Program-made: the position numbers and the translations under genes
Shown here: positions 13,501 to 28,500 of the stretch, piece after piece
Numbering within the stretch: the stretch's first letter is position 1
Layout of the letters: each line of letters begins with the position of its first letter
Source: Dudresnaya verticillata
Lineage: Eukaryota
Direction of reading: 5' to 3'
Assembly (NCBI GenBank): GCA_977862235.1
Contig: OZ374558.1
Coordinates: forward strand, 2,170,001-2,234,000
Length of the DNA: 64,000 nucleotides
Notes under the pieces: generated by a model
Databases searched by the model: none
Told to the model about the DNA's origin: nothing
What the model saw: only the letters and a program-made list of their open reading frames with translations

Positions 13501-16500
13501 CGTGAGCAGCTGCCTTCCTCTCTCCGTGCCGGATCGATGAAGAAGTCCCTCCCTCTACGCAGGAGGGGCGCCAGGATCACACTTTGTGGAATGCGCATTT
13601 CGGCCATATCGAAACGCATCTTTCCTGGGAGGTGGTCTTCGAGATAGTGGTGATACTGGAGCTTGTCCTGCGCTAGCTCCGTCTGACCTGCTTCGAGAAA
13701 CGGCGGGAGAAGTATAGCTGTTAGCGTCCTTTTGTCCGGATTTGGAGCGTCGGTCATGATGAACAAGGTTTGGTGCATCTCGGCGACCAGGTTGCGCGGA
13801 TCCAAGAAGTTCGATTTTGTTCGGTCCAATTCTGTCGATAGACGGCTGTGTTTGGTGGGGTGATCTTCATCGGTCATCTTGGTTGTTGGGCAGTGGGAGG
13901 TGCGTGCCTGTACTTCTATCCCGCGTGCGCAGTAACAGGCGAGCATTAACTTCGTTACCATACGCCTTGGAGCATAAACCCAAGCACATCATTGACAAGA
14001 CGCGCTCTCTTCGGTATTATCGTCATCGAAACGCCAGATGGTCACGTCAAGATCCATGATCTCAGACTTCCTGGACTCTTCGCAGTAGAAAAACAAAAAC
14101 TGATTCGTCATGTAGGCAAATATCGAGAAGAGTGTTGCACGGTAGAACCACTTATGCTTAACACAATAAACCCTGACTATGTCTTTCTTGAGAGGCCTTC
14201 GTACGCCGCACAACCAGTGTGTCTCGCCACTTTGCGACATGCGGCGCCGAGCCGGTCAACGAGGGAAGGAATGCACCAGTCGTGGAGGCGGCCCCTGTCG
14301 CTCCTTCCTGTAGTCCAAGGTGGCACTCTGTACGGGCGGGCCGCAGACCGTTGGGTACACATCACGGGTAAAAGCGAGTACCATGAGTTCTGTTCGGTTA
14401 ACGCTGCTTGCTAGATCGGATGGTAGATATCTCGGGAGGTGGTCTTCGACAGGGAGGTGATAGCGGAGGGTGTCCTGCAGGAGCTCTGTTCAGGCGGCTT
14501 CGAGAAAAGGCGGGAGAAGTATTGCACGTCCGGGTTTGCAGTTGCCGGTCATGATGAATAAGGTTTTGGTGCATCTCAGCGACCAGGATGCACGGATCCA
14601 AGAGGTTTGATACTGTTGGGTTCAAGGCTGTCGATAGACGGCTGTGTTTAGTGGGGTGGTTTTGATCGGTCATCTTGGTTGTTAGGTGGTGGGAGGTGAT
14701 GATTGGGTTGAAGTGGGAAGGGTATCTAGAGGAACAATTGTTTGTCTCTACTTCTATCCCACGTGCGCTGTAACATGCGAGCATTACCTTCGTTACCATA
14801 CGCCTTGGAGCATGAACCCAGGAACATCATTAAAATGACGCGCTCTCTTCGGTATCAGTATCATCGTCATCGAAACGCCAGATAGCCACGTCAAGATCCA
14901 CGATCTCAGACTTCCTGGACTCGTCACAGTACAAAACCAAAAACTGATTCGTCATGTAGGCAAATGTCGAGAAGAGTATTGCACGGTAGAACCGCTTATG
15001 CTTAAGACAATAAATCCTGACCATGTCGTTCGTGAGGGGCCTTTGTTTGGCGGGATCTTCATTTTCTTCCTTCCTTTCATTCTGGGCATCCATCTTGACC
15101 GCCAAGACCGACAGACGATTCTTGAGCTTACTAGAATGCTCAGAACTGGACGTTGTGTTCGGGCAGGACTTCTTGATGTTCCCGGAATGCGTTCCCCTCA
15201 GACTCAATCCCGGAGAAGTGTCCCTTCTGTCGTTGCGCGAGCAGTAGACCTCATTCTTGTCGTTCATCGTGAAATGCAGGACTCCTTTTTTATCCGCAGT
15301 TATTTTGGTTGGAGTGGTTGTTCAACGGCACAGGGATTTTCAGTGGGAAGGCAAACAGTTGTTGAGAAAGGGCGCGAAGACGGACGGTCTACGCTTCGAG
15401 GCGGAAGGGAGAGCCGCCTTCATTTGGATTTCCAAAGAAGGCCATTTGGCATACCATCAATATGACGTTGATATTTTTAGTAAAAAAGCCATAAAAGTTC
15501 CCTCAAAAATCTCAGGATTGCGTTCGCCGCCCGATGGCATTTCGATCTTTTCGTACGCCGCTTGGGCACCGCTCCTATCGCTCGCGCAGCCTTCCCGACG
15601 CCCTTCGAAAGCCACTCCCATTCTCCGCTCAAACCTCTCCTTTCGTGCCGCATTCTTCCTCCCGGTGCCACCCTCTCCACACCGCCGGCTTTCCGCATGG
15701 ACATCCCGTCCGTCACGCCGCCCTTCTTTCGGCGCATCTCTGTCAATAATCTCATGCCCGCGCTGCAGGCAGCCTTCAACGTAGTTGGCGCGGCCGATCC
15801 TTCCTCAGCCATGCCCATGCCGACGTCGCGGCGTACGTCTGTGGCATTGTGCGCGAGCTCGCGCAGCGCATTTATCTTGTACAGATACTGTTCTTTGCGG
15901 TGGGCATGCCCCAAGGATCACGCAGTTTGCTTTCATTCACTTTTGGGCAAACATCGCTTCGCTCCGTTGCCACCAAGAGCAGGCAGGCCGCGAACATCCG
16001 GGTTACTCTCAGCACTGCGCTAGAAATCCCCCTCTTCCAAGATCTGGCGCATTTGAGAACTGCCCAAGCAGCTTGAAGCAGATTCATTCCCTAATAGAAG
16101 GAGGACCCGAGTGCACGATGGTGAACAGCAATGTTTTGCCTAAGGGCATCAGGACGACATCGGTTTTCGCGCCGCTGAGGGCACGATGCAGCAAAGTCAG
16201 GGGGCAGGCAACTCTCCGGGATATCACCTCGAAAATCCAAGATTTCTCAGTTTGATGGCATCCAGCTGAGCAAGACTCCGTCATAATCCTTTGCATTCTT
16301 TGCGAGTCACTGTTGTATCCGGACCAGCAAAGCAGGGAAAAACACGACGCGCACTCTACATATGGAAATGATGAAGGCCGAAGCGAACAGGATGCGTCCC
16401 AGCGAATGCTTAAATGGTGACGAAGAGCTCAGAACAGTCTTACGAAATCGAACTCATATCTGCTTCAGCGTTTCGTTCGAATCAACGTCTGTGACGCTGC

Positions 16501-19500
16501 CGGTGTACAGGAACTGCCCAAATCCCTCAAGACGCATATCTGCAGTGATTTGCCCACATTTGTCGACGCACTATCGTTGGAGCCGTAGAAACCCGTAGAA
16601 ACCCGTCGAGAGCTTTGGAGTTGTGCTTGGTAGCTGCGTTGCAACAGCTGACTTTGACCTCGGTGGTACTCTGCAGCTCAAAACTTGACAACATCTCTCC
16701 GGTGCTGTAGACAGGCAGATGGTTCATCGAGGGCGTTCCAATCTCGATCTGAAGAGGTTCGGCAGGTCATGAAGGAGTAGAATACGATCATTACGTGGTA
16801 TTCTAGATCGGCTCTGAATATGAACTGATTGTGGCCTTGCGGTAGAGCTCGGAAGGCACACGGAGGAAAACAAGATGTTGAAGTTCTGCTTTTGCTGCAG
16901 ATGAAGAAACGCATTGCCGCCGCTTGTTCCAATTGCCGTCGCATGTGCGACTCGTGCCAAATCATGTTCGATACATTTTCGGCTCTTGTGGAACCTTCTT
17001 GATCTAGCGCCTTGGGTCAGACAGGAACTGTTGAAGGGAACCAGAATCCAGAAACAGCTGCAGTTCAAGGCATGGGGCACGTTTATTCGTGACGACATCT
17101 CTCCGCGGCCGTGCACATTTGATATCGTCGGGGAGCAACATAACACATTTCCGAAACCCAGCAGATGTATGATGGAAGATGTGATGTTGTATGTGTAGCA
17201 GTATGCTATCCATCGATGCAAAAGCAGGAGCTGTCGCTTTTTCTTGTAGCTCTCAAGTATCTAGCTGTGGAACGCGATGCTGACAAGTCCGTTCATGAGG
17301 AGCAGGGATATACTTTCTTGTGAAGGTTCCATGGTACAGCGAAAGCGAGGGAGAAGAGAAGGCACGGAAACATCTGCAGACACATTGGACTGAACGAGAT
17401 CAAATGCGTGAGCCCAATCCGTGACGCACGGGATGCCATCATGTCAACACCCAGTTACAGAAGAAGTCGTTTAAGATGGTTGTGCCTCGCTTGCCGAAGT
17501 CACAGTCACTGGAAGTTCCTTTTCTTTTTGTGGCCTGGAAGCAGCTTAGTAGAGCTCCTCATCACCCCCTATAAAGTTCCCCATTCTTCTCTTTAGAGTT
17601 TTAAATTGTTGATCTCGATGATGTGCACAACTCGAGAGTGAATAACAGAACCCGGACGGGCGCAGGGCAGGCAAACGAAAATCTATCTTTGACAGAACAC
17701 CCCTCAATTCCTTTCATTTCTGGGTCAAATGCCCAACTCGATTAGTACACAAGTTTGTTGCTTCCTGACCGATCCCGAAATCATTCACATCCACATTAAC
17801 ACCGCTTGATGCAACTGAAGGAGGCCGCCAGAGAACGAAGCGATGCGCTATCTCATCCACGAGCCGGTAGCAGCTGTTTGGTAGAAGCATGTGAAAAGTA
17901 TTTGGATGCTCGGTTGAGCATTGGAATCTGTAGCATACGCAGCTAGCCACAGTGAGGAAACTGCGATCTTACTATTTGGATTCGCTGTGTATGACGCCAT
18001 CCATAGCTGAAAGCATCTCAAGGAGATAGAGTATTGTTGTGATGAATCCCGGGATCGGAGCGGACAGAGCGGGACCCTTGTGATTTATCAGAGGGATGCG
18101 GCGATTGGCAGTTCTTCTCAAGAGCTCTCTTCGTGGTTCTCCACAATCCTTACCTCCCGTCTATTCTCCAACGGCGTCCGGAATCTTACAACTGCCCGAT
18201 GCAAGCGAAAGAGTCTTTCCGTGACTCAGACCCTCTCCGGGAGTTATAACTGCTTGTATACATGCACATTTGGCAAGCAGTCAGCACTGATCACGGCGGC
18301 GTGTAAATGGGGTAAACGTCACTTTACGAAGAAGACCTTTATTAAAGAACAAGAGAGAAGCCGAAAGCGATTTTTGTATATGAGAGAGAGAGAGACCTTT
18401 ATTAAAGAACAAGAGAGAGAAGCTCCTTAAGGGGGATTAGGATACAGAGCTGAGCTACCGTAAAGAGGCGGAGGAGCAAGCTTGCGGCAGTTGACACTCA
18501 CCGCGACGCATTGGAGAACACTTGTATATGGAGAAAATAAGCGAACGTAGAAACCAAGCTTCCCCGACCTGGCAGCGACCACATAAAAGTGAGCGCTCTG
18601 CGCAGTTGTGCAGGATGTAATGCTAGAGCCGCTGGCTTCGCAGGGACGCAATATGGAGGTGCAAAGCACTTGGGATTGAGAAATATACCGTGAGGCGTGC
18701 TGAGGCGTGCTGAGGCGCGCAGAGATGCGCTGAGCGACGGAGGCGGTTCGGAAGACGACGTGCTTCGAACTTGAGCCAATCAGACGGTGCAGATCTTCCT
18801 GTTAAGACACCTGTCGCACAATATGTCCAACCAAATGTGCCCATTGCGGGACGGCGCATGTGCTCCGCTTGACACCGCTGCCGGCGGAAAATGCACCGCC
18901 GCGGGAGAAGAAGAAACAGACAGAAAAGAACGGCCGAGGCGCCGGCGACAAAAGCAACTTGCGCGCCCTGTGTCGCTGTGAGGAAATGCACCACGTTTGC
19001 GTTTATTTCTCAACCGCTCCGTGTCCGCTGTGCTGCAGTCGCTCAAACGCGTCACACCTGCCGCCGTCCCACTCTATGCAGCAACACCGAATCCCGATTC
19101 CGGCACCCCACGCCAGTGTGCTGAACCGAGAAAGCCCTCAACACATCCGCGCGCATCCGCTCATCCGATCCTCGCGCATCGGCGCTATGTTCGCCCACCC
19201 GCGGCATGCGCTGCTCACTCGGCCGATCGCCCCTCCAGCACTTGACGCCAATTCAACCACCGAGCGCGCACCGCCCTCTGCAGTTCCCACCTCACTGCTC
19301 TTCTTTCCTGCCCCGCCCAACCCCACTGAGGCCGGGGCTTAAGGCGCAGCAGCGGTGTTTCCCGCCCAGCGCACGATACCCCAACGGATCTACGGGCTCG
19401 AACCACACATCTTGCGACACCTTCCCATCAGGAAGCCAACGCCTTCTTCAAAATATTCGTCTCGACGCAGAACCAGGATGTATCTTTGCGAACAATGTCC

Positions 19501-22500
19501 CCGACCGCATTGATTCTGCAGCGCGATTGGAATCGGCACCAGATCGTGAGCAGCTGCCTTCCTCTCTCCGTGCCGGATCGATGAAGAAGTCCCTCCCTCT
19601 ACGCAGGAGGGGCGCCAGGATCACACTTTGTGGAATGCGCATTTCGGCCATATCGAAACGCATCTTTCCTGGGAGGTGGTCTTCGAGATAGTGGTGATAC
19701 TGGAGCTTGTCCTGCGCTAGCTCCGTCTGACCTGCTTCGAGAAACGGCGGGAGAAGTATAGCTGTTAGCGTCCTTTTGTCCGGATTTGGAGCGTCGGTCA
19801 TGATGAACAAGGTTTGGTGCATCTCGGCGACCAGGTTGCGCGGATCCAAGAAGTTCGATTTTGTTCGGTCCAATTCTGTCGATAGACGGCTGTGTTTGGT
19901 GGGGTGATCTTCATCGGTCATCTTGGTTGTTGGGCAGTGGGAGGTGCGTGCCTGTACTTCTATCCCGCGTGCGCAGTAACAGGCGAGCATTAACTTCGTT
20001 ACCATACGCCTTGGAGCATAAACCCAAGCACATCATTGACAAGACGCGCTCTCTTCGGTATTATCGTCATCGAAACGCCAGATGGTCACGTCAAGATCCA
20101 TGATCTCAGACTTCCTGGACTCTTCGCAGTAGAAAAACAAAAACTGATTCGTCATGTAGGCAAATATCGAGAAGAGTGTTGCACGGTAGAACCACTTATG
20201 CTTAACACAATAAACCCTGACTATGTCTTTCTTGAGAGGCCTTCGTACGCCGCACAACCAGTGTGTCTCGCCACTTTGCGACATGCGGCGCCGAGCCGGT
20301 CAACGAGGGAAGGAATGCACCAGTCGTGGAGGCGGCCCCTGTCGCTCCTTCCTGTAGTCCAAGGTGGCACTCTGTACGGGCGGGCCGCAGACCGTTGGGT
20401 ACACATCACGGGTAAAAGCGAGTACCATGAGTTCTGTTCGGTTAACGCTGCTTGCTAGATCGGATGGTAGATATCTCGGGAGGTGGTCTTCGACAGGGAG
20501 GTGATAGCGGAGGGTGTCCTGCAGGAGCTCTGTTCAGGCGGCTTCGAGAAAAGGCGGGAGAAGTATTGCACGTCCGGGTTTGCAGTTGCCGGTCATGATG
20601 AATAAGGTTTTGGTGCATCTCAGCGACCAGGATGCACGGATCCAAGAGGTTTGATACTGTTGGGTTCAAGGCTGTCGATAGACGGCTGTGTTTAGTGGGG
20701 TGGTTTTGATCGGTCATCTTGGTTGTTAGGTGGTGGGAGGTGATGATTGGGTTGAAGTGGGAAGGGTATCTAGAGGAACAATTGTTTGTCTCTACTTCTA
20801 TCCCACGTGCGCTGTAACATGCGAGCATTACCTTCGTTACCATACGCCTTGGAGCATGAACCCAGGAACATCATTAAAATGACGCGCTCTCTTCGGTATC
20901 AGTATCATCGTCATCGAAACGCCAGATAGCCACGTCAAGATCCACGATCTCAGACTTCCTGGACTCGTCACAGTACAAAACCAAAAACTGATTCGTCATG
21001 TAGGCAAATGTCGAGAAGAGTATTGCACGGTAGAACCGCTTATGCTTAAGACAATAAATCCTGACCATGTCGTTCGTGAGGGGCCTTTGTTTGGCGGGAT
21101 CTTCATTTTCTTCCTTCCTTTCATTCTGGGCATCCATCTTGACCGCCAAGACCGACAGACGATTCTTGAGCTTACTAGAATGCTCAGAACTGGACGTTGT
21201 GTTCGGGCAGGACTTCTTGATGTTCCCGGAATGCGTTCCCCTCAGACTCAATCCCGGAGAAGTGTCCCTTCTGTCGTTGCGCGAGCAGTAGACCTCATTC
21301 TTGTCGTTCATCGTGAAATGCAGGACTCCTTTTTTATCCGCAGTTATTTTGGTTGGAGTGGTTGTTCAACGGCACAGGGATTTTCAGTGGGAAGGCAAAC
21401 AGTTGTTGAGAAAGGGCGCGAAGACGGACGGTCTACGCTTCGAGGCGGAAGGGAGAGCCGCCTTCATTTGGATTTCCAAAGAAGGCCATTTGGCATACCA
21501 TCAATATGACGTTGATATTTTTAGTAAAAAAGCCATAAAAGTTCCCTCAAAAATCTCAGGATTGCGTTCGCCGCCCGATGGCATTTCGATCTTTTCGTAC
21601 GCCGCTTGGGCACCGCTCCTATCGCTCGCGCAGCCTTCCCGACGCCCTTCGAAAGCCACTCCCATTCTCCGCTCAAACCTCTCCTTTCGTGCCGCATTCT
21701 TCCTCCCGGTGCCACCCTCTCCACACCGCCGGCTTTCCGCATGGACATCCCGTCCGTCACGCCGCCCTTCTTTCGGCGCATCTCTGTCAATAATCTCATG
21801 CCCGCGCTGCAGGCAGCCTTCAACGTAGTTGGCGCGGCCGATCCTTCCTCAGCCATGCCCATGCCGACGTCGCGGCGTACGTCTGTGGCATTGTGCGCGA
21901 GCTCGCGCAGCGCATTTATCTTGTACAGATACTGTTCTTTGCGGTGGGCATGCCCCAAGGATCACGCAGTTTGCTTTCATTCACTTTTGGGCAAACATCG
22001 CTTCGCTCCGTTGCCACCAAGAGCAGGCAGGCCGCGAACATCCGGGTTACTCTCAGCACTGCGCTAGAAATCCCCCTCTTCCAAGATCTGGCGCATTTGA
22101 GAACTGCCCAAGCAGCTTGAAGCAGATTCATTCCCTAATAGAAGGAGGACCCGAGTGCACGATGGTGAACAGCAATGTTTTGCCTAAGGGCATCAGGACG
22201 ACATCGGTTTTCGCGCCGCTGAGGGCACGATGCAGCAAAGTCAGGGGGCAGGCAACTCTCCGGGATATCACCTCGAAAATCCAAGATTTCTCAGTTTGAT
22301 GGCATCCAGCTGAGCAAGACTCCGTCATAATCCTTTGCATTCTTTGCGAGTCACTGTTGTATCCGGACCAGCAAAGCAGGGAAAAACACGACGCGCACTC
22401 TACATATGGAAATGATGAAGGCCGAAGCGAACAGGATGCGTCCCAGCGAATGCTTAAATGGTGACGAAGAGCTCAGAACAGTCTTACGAAATCGAACTCA

Positions 22501-25500
22501 TATCTGCTTCAGCGTTTCGTTCGAATCAACGTCTGTGACGCTGCCGGTGTACAGGAACTGCCCAAATCCCTCAAGACGCATATCTGCAGTGATTTGCCCA
22601 CATTTGTCGACGCACTATCGTTGGAGCCGTAGAAACCCGTAGAAACCCGTCGAGAGCTTTGGAGTTGTGCTTGGTAGCTGCGTTGCAACAGCTGACTTTG
22701 ACCTCGGTGGTACTCTGCAGCTCAAAACTTGACAACATCTCTCCGGTGCTGTAGACAGGCAGATGGTTCATCGAGGGCGTTCCAATCTCGATCTGAAGAG
22801 GTTCGGCAGGTCATGAAGGAGTAGAATACGATCATTACGTGGTATTCTAGATCGGCTCTGAATATGAACTGATTGTGGCCTTGCGGTAGAGCTCGGAAGG
22901 CACACGGAGGAAAACAAGATGTTGAAGTTCTGCTTTTGCTGCAGATGAAGAAACGCATTGCCGCCGCTTGTTCCAATTGCCGTCGCATGTGCGACTCGTG
23001 CCAAATCATGTTCGATACATTTTCGGCTCTTGTGGAACCTTCTTGATCTAGCGCCTTGGGTCAGACAGGAACTGTTGAAGGGAACCAGAATCCAGAAACA
23101 GCTGCAGTTCAAGGCATGGGGCACGTTTATTCGTGACGACATCTCTCCGCGGCCGTGCACATTTGATATCGTCGGGGAGCAACATAACACATTTCCGAAA
23201 CCCAGCAGATGTATGATGGAAGATGTGATGTTGTATGTGTAGCAGTATGCTATCCATCGATGCAAAAGCAGGAGCTGTCGCTTTTTCTTGTAGCTCTCAA
23301 GTATCTAGCTGTGGAACGCGATGCTGACAAGTCCGTTCATGAGGAGCAGGGATATACTTTCTTGTGAAGGTTCCATGGTACAGCGAAAGCGAGGGAGAAG
23401 AGAAGGCACGGAAACATCTGCAGACACATTGGACTGAACGAGATCAAATGCGTGAGCCCAATCCGTGACCCACGGGATGCCATCATGTCAACACCCAGTT
23501 ACAGAAGAAGTCGTTTAAGATGGTTGTGCCTCGCTTGCCGAAGTCACAGTCACTGGAAGTTCCTTTTCTTTTTGTGGCCTGGAAGCAGCTTAGTAGAGCT
23601 CCTCATCACCCCCTATAAAGTTCCCCATTCTTCTCTTTAGAGTTTTAAATTGTTGATCTCGATGATGTGCACAACTCGAGAGTGAATAACAGAACCCGGA
23701 CGGGCGCAGGGCAGGCAAACGAAAATCTATCTTTGACAGAACACCCCTCAATTCCTTTCATTTCTGGGTCAAATGCCCAACTCGATTAGTACACAAGTTT
23801 GTTGCTTCCTGACCGATCCCGAAATCATTCACATCCACATTAACACCGCTTGATGCAACTGAAGGAGGCCGCCAGAGAACGAAGCGATGCGCTATCTCAT
23901 CCACGAGCCGGTAGCAGCTGTTTGGTAGAAGCATGTGAAAAGTATTTGGATGCTCGGTTGAGCATTGGAATCTGTAGCATACGCAGCTAGCCACAGTGAG
24001 GAAACTGCGATCTTACTATTTGGATTCGCTGTGTATGACGCCATCCATAGCTGAAAGCATCTCAAGGAGATAGAGTATTGTTGTGATGAATCCCGGGATC
24101 GGAGCGGACAGAGCGGGACCCTTGTGATTTATCAGAGGGATGCGGCGATTGGCAGTTCTTCTCAAGAGCTCTCTTCGTGGTTCTCCACAATCCTTACCTC
24201 CCGTCTATTCTCCAACGGCGTCCGGAATCTTACAACTGCCCGATGCAAGCGAAAGAGTCTTTCCGTGACTCAGACCCTCTCCGGGAGTTATAACTGCTTG
24301 TATACATGCACATTTGGCAAGCAGTCAGCACTGATCACGGCGGCGTGTAAATGGGGTAAACGTCACTTTACGAAGAAGACCTTTATTAAAGAACAAGAGA
24401 GAAGCCGAAAGCGATTTTTGTATATGAGAGAGAGAGAGACCTTTATTAAAGAACAAGAGAGAGAAGCTCCTTAAGGGGGATTAGGATACAGAGCTGAGCT
24501 ACCGTAAAGAGGCGGAGGAGCAAGCTTGCGGCAGTTGACACTCACCGCGACGCATTGGAGAACACTTGTATATGGAGAAAATAAGCGAACGTAGAAACCA
24601 AGCTTCCCCGACCTGGCAGCGACCACATAAAAGTGAGCGCTCTGCGCAGTTGTGCAGGATGTAATGCTAGAGCCGCTGGCTTCGCAGGGACGCAATATGG
24701 AGGTGCAAAGCACTTGGGATTGAGAAATATACCGTGAGGCGTGCTGAGGCGTGCTGAGGCGCGCAGAGATGCGCTGAGCGACGGAGGCGGTTCGGAAGAC
24801 GACGTGCTTCGAACTTGAGCCAATCAGACGGTGCAGATCTTCCTGTTAAGACACCTGTCGCACAATATGTCCAACCAAATGTGCCCATTGCGGGACGGCG
24901 CATGTGCTCCGCTTGACACCGCTGCCGGCGGAAAATGCACCGCCGCGGGAGAAGAAGAAACAGACAGAAAAGAACGGCCGAGGCGCCGGCGACAAAAGCA
25001 ACTTGCGCGCCCTGTGTCGCTGTGAGGAAATGCACCACGTTTGCGTTTATTTCTCAACCGCTCCGTGTCCGCTGTGCTGCAGTCGCTCAAACGCGTCACA
25101 CCTGCCGCCGTCCCACTCTATGCAGCAACACCGAATCCCGATTCCGGCACCCCACGCCAGTGTGCTGAACCGAGAAAGCCCTCAACACATCCGCGCGCAT
25201 CCGCTCATCCGATCCTCGCGCATCGGCGCTATGTTCGCCCACCCGCGGCATGCGCTGCTCACTCGGCCGATCGCCCCTCCAGCACTTGACGCCAATTCAA
25301 CCACCGAGCGCGCACCGCCCTCTGCAGTTCCCACCTCACTGCTCTTCTTTCCTGCCCCGCCCAACCCCACTGAGGCCGGGGCTTAAGGCGCAGCAGCGGT
25401 GTTTCCCGCCCAGCGCACGATACCCCAACGGATCTACGGGCTCGAACCACACATCTTGCGACACCTTCCCATCAGGAAGCCAACGCCTTCTTCAAAATAT

Positions 25501-28500
25501 TCGTCTCGACGCAGAACCAGGATGTATCTTTGCGAACAATGTCCCCGACCGCATTGATTCTGCAGCGCGATTGGAATCGGCACCAGATCGTGAGCAGCTG
25601 CCTTCCTCTCTCCGTGCCGGATCGATGAAGAAGTCCCTCCCTCTACGCAGGAGGGGCGCCAGGATCACACTTTGTGGAATGCGCATTTCGGCCATATCGA
25701 AACGCATCTTTCCTGGGAGGTGGTCTTCGAGATAGTGGTGATACTGGAGCTTGTCCTGCGCTAGCTCCGTCTGACCTGCTTCGAGAAACGGCGGGAGAAG
25801 TATAGCTGTTAGCGTCCTTTTGTCCGGATTTGGAGCGTCGGTCATGATGAACAAGGTTTGGTGCATCTCGGCGACCAGGTTGCGCGGATCCAAGAAGTTC
25901 GATTTTGTTCGGTCCAATTCTGTCGATAGACGGCTGTGTTTGGTGGGGTGATCTTCATCGGTCATCTTGGTTGTTGGGCAGTGGGAGGTGCGTGCCTGTA
26001 CTTCTATCCCGCGTGCGCAGTAACAGGCGAGCATTAACTTCGTTACCATACGCCTTGGAGCATAAACCCAAGCACATCATTGACAAGACGCGCTCTCTTC
26101 GGTATTATCGTCATCGAAACGCCAGATGGTCACGTCAAGATCCATGATCTCAGACTTCCTGGACTCTTCGCAGTAGAAAAACAAAAACTGATTCGTCATG
26201 TAGGCAAATATCGAGAAGAGTGTTGCACGGTAGAACCACTTATGCTTAACACAATAAACCCTGACTATGTCTTTCTTGAGAGGCCTTCGTACGCCGCACA
26301 ACCAGTGTGTCTCGCCACTTTGCGACATGCGGCGCCGAGCCGGTCAACGAGGGAAGGAATGCACCAGTCGTGGAGGCGGCCCCTGTCGCTCCTTCCTGTA
26401 GTCCAAGGTGGCACTCTGTACGGGCGGGCCGCAGACCGTTGGGTACACATCACGGGTAAAAGCGAGTACCATGAGTTCTGTTCGGTTAACGCTGCTTGCT
26501 AGATCGGATGGTAGATATCTCGGGAGGTGGTCTTCGACAGGGAGGTGATAGCGGAGGGTGTCCTGCAGGAGCTCTGTTCAGGCGGCTTCGAGAAAAGGCG
26601 GGAGAAGTATTGCACGTCCGGGTTTGCAGTTGCCGGTCATGATGAATAAGGTTTTGGTGCATCTCAGCGACCAGGATGCACGGATCCAAGAGGTTTGATA
26701 CTGTTGGGTTCAAGGCTGTCGATAGACGGCTGTGTTTAGTGGGGTGGTTTTGATCGGTCATCTTGGTTGTTAGGTGGTGGGAGGTGATGATTGGGTTGAA
26801 GTGGGAAGGGTATCTAGAGGAACAATTGTTTGTCTCTACTTCTATCCCACGTGCGCTGTAACATGCGAGCATTACCTTCGTTACCATACGCCTTGGAGCA
26901 TGAACCCAGGAACATCATTAAAATGACGCGCTCTCTTCGGTATCAGTATCATCGTCATCGAAACGCCAGATAGCCACGTCAAGATCCACGATCTCAGACT
27001 TCCTGGACTCGTCACAGTACAAAACCAAAAACTGATTCGTCATGTAGGCAAATGTCGAGAAGAGTATTGCACGGTAGAACCGCTTATGCTTAAGACAATA
27101 AATCCTGACCATGTCGTTCGTGAGGGGCCTTTGTTTGGCGGGATCTTCATTTTCTTCCTTCCTTTCATTCTGGGCATCCATCTTGACCGCCAAGACCGAC
27201 AGACGATTCTTGAGCTTACTAGAATGCTCAGAACTGGACGTTGTGTTCGGGCAGGACTTCTTGATGTTCCCGGAATGCGTTCCCCTCAGACTCAATCCCG
27301 GAGAAGTGTCCCTTCTGTCGTTGCGCGAGCAGTAGACCTCATTCTTGTCGTTCATCGTGAAATGCAGGACTCCTTTTTTATCCGCAGTTATTTTGGTTGG
27401 AGTGGTTGTTCAACGGCACAGGGATTTTCAGTGGGAAGGCAAACAGTTGTTGAGAAAGGGCGCGAAGACGGACGGTCTACGCTTCGAGGCGGAAGGGAGA
27501 GCCGCCTTCATTTGGATTTCCAAAGAAGGCCATTTGGCATACCATCAATATGACGTTGATATTTTTAGTAAAAAAGCCATAAAAGTTCCCTCAAAAATCT
27601 CAGGATTGCGTTCGCCGCCCGATGGCATTTCGATCTTTTCGTACGCCGCTTGGGCACCGCTCCTATCGCTCGCGCAGCCTTCCCGACGCCCTTCGAAAGC
27701 CACTCCCATTCTCCGCTCAAACCTCTCCTTTCGTGCCGCATTCTTCCTCCCGGTGCCACCCTCTCCACACCGCCGGCTTTCCGCATGGACATCCCGTCCG
27801 TCACGCCGCCCTTCTTTCGGCGCATCTCTGTCAATAATCTCATGCCCGCGCTGCAGGCAGCCTTCAACGTAGTTGGCGCGGCCGATCCTTCCTCAGCCAT
27901 GCCCATGCCGACGTCGCGGCGTACGTCTGTGGCATTGTGCGCGAGCTCGCGCAGCGCATTTATCTTGTACAGATACTGTTCTTTGCGGTGGGCATGCCCC
28001 AAGGATCACGCAGTTTGCTTTCATTCACTTTTGGGCAAACATCGCTTCGCTCCGTTGCCACCAAGAGCAGGCAGGCCGCGAACATCCGGGTTACTCTCAG
28101 CACTGCGCTAGAAATCCCCCTCTTCCAAGATCTGGCGCATTTGAGAACTGCCCAAGCAGCTTGAAGCAGATTCATTCCCTAATAGAAGGAGGACCCGAGT
28201 GCACGATGGTGAACAGCAATGTTTTGCCTAAGGGCATCAGGACGACATCGGTTTTCGCGCCGCTGAGGGCACGATGCAGCAAAGTCAGGGGGCAGGCAAC
28301 TCTCCGGGATATCACCTCGAAAATCCAAGATTTCTCAGTTTGATGGCATCCAGCTGAGCAAGACTCCGTCATAATCCTTTGCATTCTTTGCGAGTCACTG
28401 TTGTATCCGGACCAGCAAAGCAGGGAAAAACACGACGCGCACTCTACATATGGAAATGATGAAGGCCGAAGCGAACAGGATGCGTCCCAGCGAATGCTTA

